Source: a candidate division WOR-3 bacterium
Lineage (GTDB): Bacteria; Hydrothermota; Tepidihabitantia; SM23-42; CAYGYG01
DNA length: 15,617 nucleotides
Assembly: GCA_965648915.1 (NCBI GenBank)
Contig: CBFGIV010000054.1
Span: forward strand, 1 to 15,617
Reading direction: 5' to 3'
The translations under genes and the position numbers were made by a program. Shown here piece after piece: positions 14,997 through 15,617 of the stretch; the stretch's first letter is position 1; every line of letters begins with the position of its first letter. Under the pieces are notes generated by a model. That model saw only the letters and a program-made list of their open reading frames with translations, had not been told where the DNA came from and made no database searches.

Positions 14997-15617
14997 CTAT
15001 TCAATGATGACTAGTTTTGTAGAGATGATTTTATTTTCAGTTGTAAGGTAGATAAAATAAACACCCGGGGTTAATTCTTTGCTCAAAACTTTCTCATAGA
15101 CCCCCCTACCCATTACCCCATCAACCAAAACCTCCTCTGCCTGGCCCAGGGAATTGTAGATAGCAAGTTTTACTTCAGATTGTTTTGGTATTGAATATTG
15201 AATCCTCAAATTCTTGTTTCTTGTTGGATTTTGTTTTATTTTTAATCCTACTTCTAACTTCTGACTTCTAACTTCTTCACCACCGGCAACTTGCCGTATG
15301 GCAAAGACGGAGTCTGAAAAGTCCCACGCCACTCCTCTGGGCACCTGCTGACCTGTTCTTGGTGGTCCATAAGCCCAGATCATAATCTTGCAACTGTCGG
15401 AAAGAGAATCGGGGACACGCCACAGATACAGAGTATCGTTTGATTGTTGGATGGTTGTGATGGTTTGATAGTTACGGCCATTGTCAAAAGAAATAAAAAG
15501 GGTAAAGGAATCGGCACCGGGTGGGGTGAATTTCTGCCAGGTGATGGGGAATTGGGAACCGGGGACTAAAACTTCACCACCATTGGGCTGATGGAGCCGC
15601 ACACCTTCGATCTCCCA
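14997..15617 (-). CDS. C-terminal part of a secreted protein with an Ig-like domain and a T9SS type A-like C-terminal sorting domain (5' end outside the window)
   Basis: The frame is open to the right edge (WEIEGVRLHQPNGGE...), so the GTG at 15602 is probably internal. It has a PNGGE...ITW...S.DNG Ig-like module and a QNP...VKLAIYNSLGQ...LTPGVYFI...KLVI CTD. Confidence 0.85.
   Translation of the reverse strand, partial: WEIEGVRLHQPNGGEVLVPGSQFPITWQKFTPPGADSFTLFISFDNGRNYQTITTIQQSNDTLYLWRVPDSLSDSCKIMIWAYGPPRTGQQVPRGVAWDFSDSVFAIRQVAGGEEVRSQKLEVGLKIKQNPTRNKNLRIQYSIPKQSEVKLAIYNSLGQAEEVLVDGVMGRGVYEKVLSKELTPGVYFIYLTTENKIISTKLVIIE
15250..15277. repeat. Intragenic 7-bp tandem repeat (4 copies)
   Basis: ACTTCTA ACTTCTG ACTTCTA ACTTCTT. 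It encodes EEVRSQKLEV in the linker before the CTD. Confidence 0.8.

Overview
This is a bacterial chromosomal window, probably from an uncultured FCB-related lineage such as WOR-3; that guess rests only on two proteins with T9SS/FlgD-like C-terminal domains. Almost every gene is on the minus strand. From right to left there is a partial secreted protein with a C-terminal sorting domain, then a plus-strand DUF4258/DUF2283-type toxin-antitoxin pair. Next is a tightly coupled minus-strand run: ispF, a rhomboid protease, an S8 subtilase, a YprB/MrfB-like exonuclease, a YprA/MrfA-like DEAH/DUF1998 helicase, a GNAT and a SAM methyltransferase. A 152-bp MITE-like element containing nested palindromes follows. 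The AT-rich left block holds a small membrane protein, a metallophosphoesterase-CBM9-like fusion, a GNAT/YoaP-like protein, an iron-sulfur flavoprotein, two SAM methyltransferases and a partial ORF. The most notable observations are four. The subtilase has a ~340-aa Asp-box insert between its catalytic Asp and His. A fossil 3' end of a second iron-sulfur flavoprotein gene is hidden in an alternative frame of a methyltransferase tail. Three sigma70-like promoters all have 16-bp spacers, and two of them are positioned to give leaderless mRNAs. The MITE sits exactly at a predicted transcription start. I see no CRISPR array, rRNA, tRNA or transposase. All family calls come from motif recognition by eye, not database searches.
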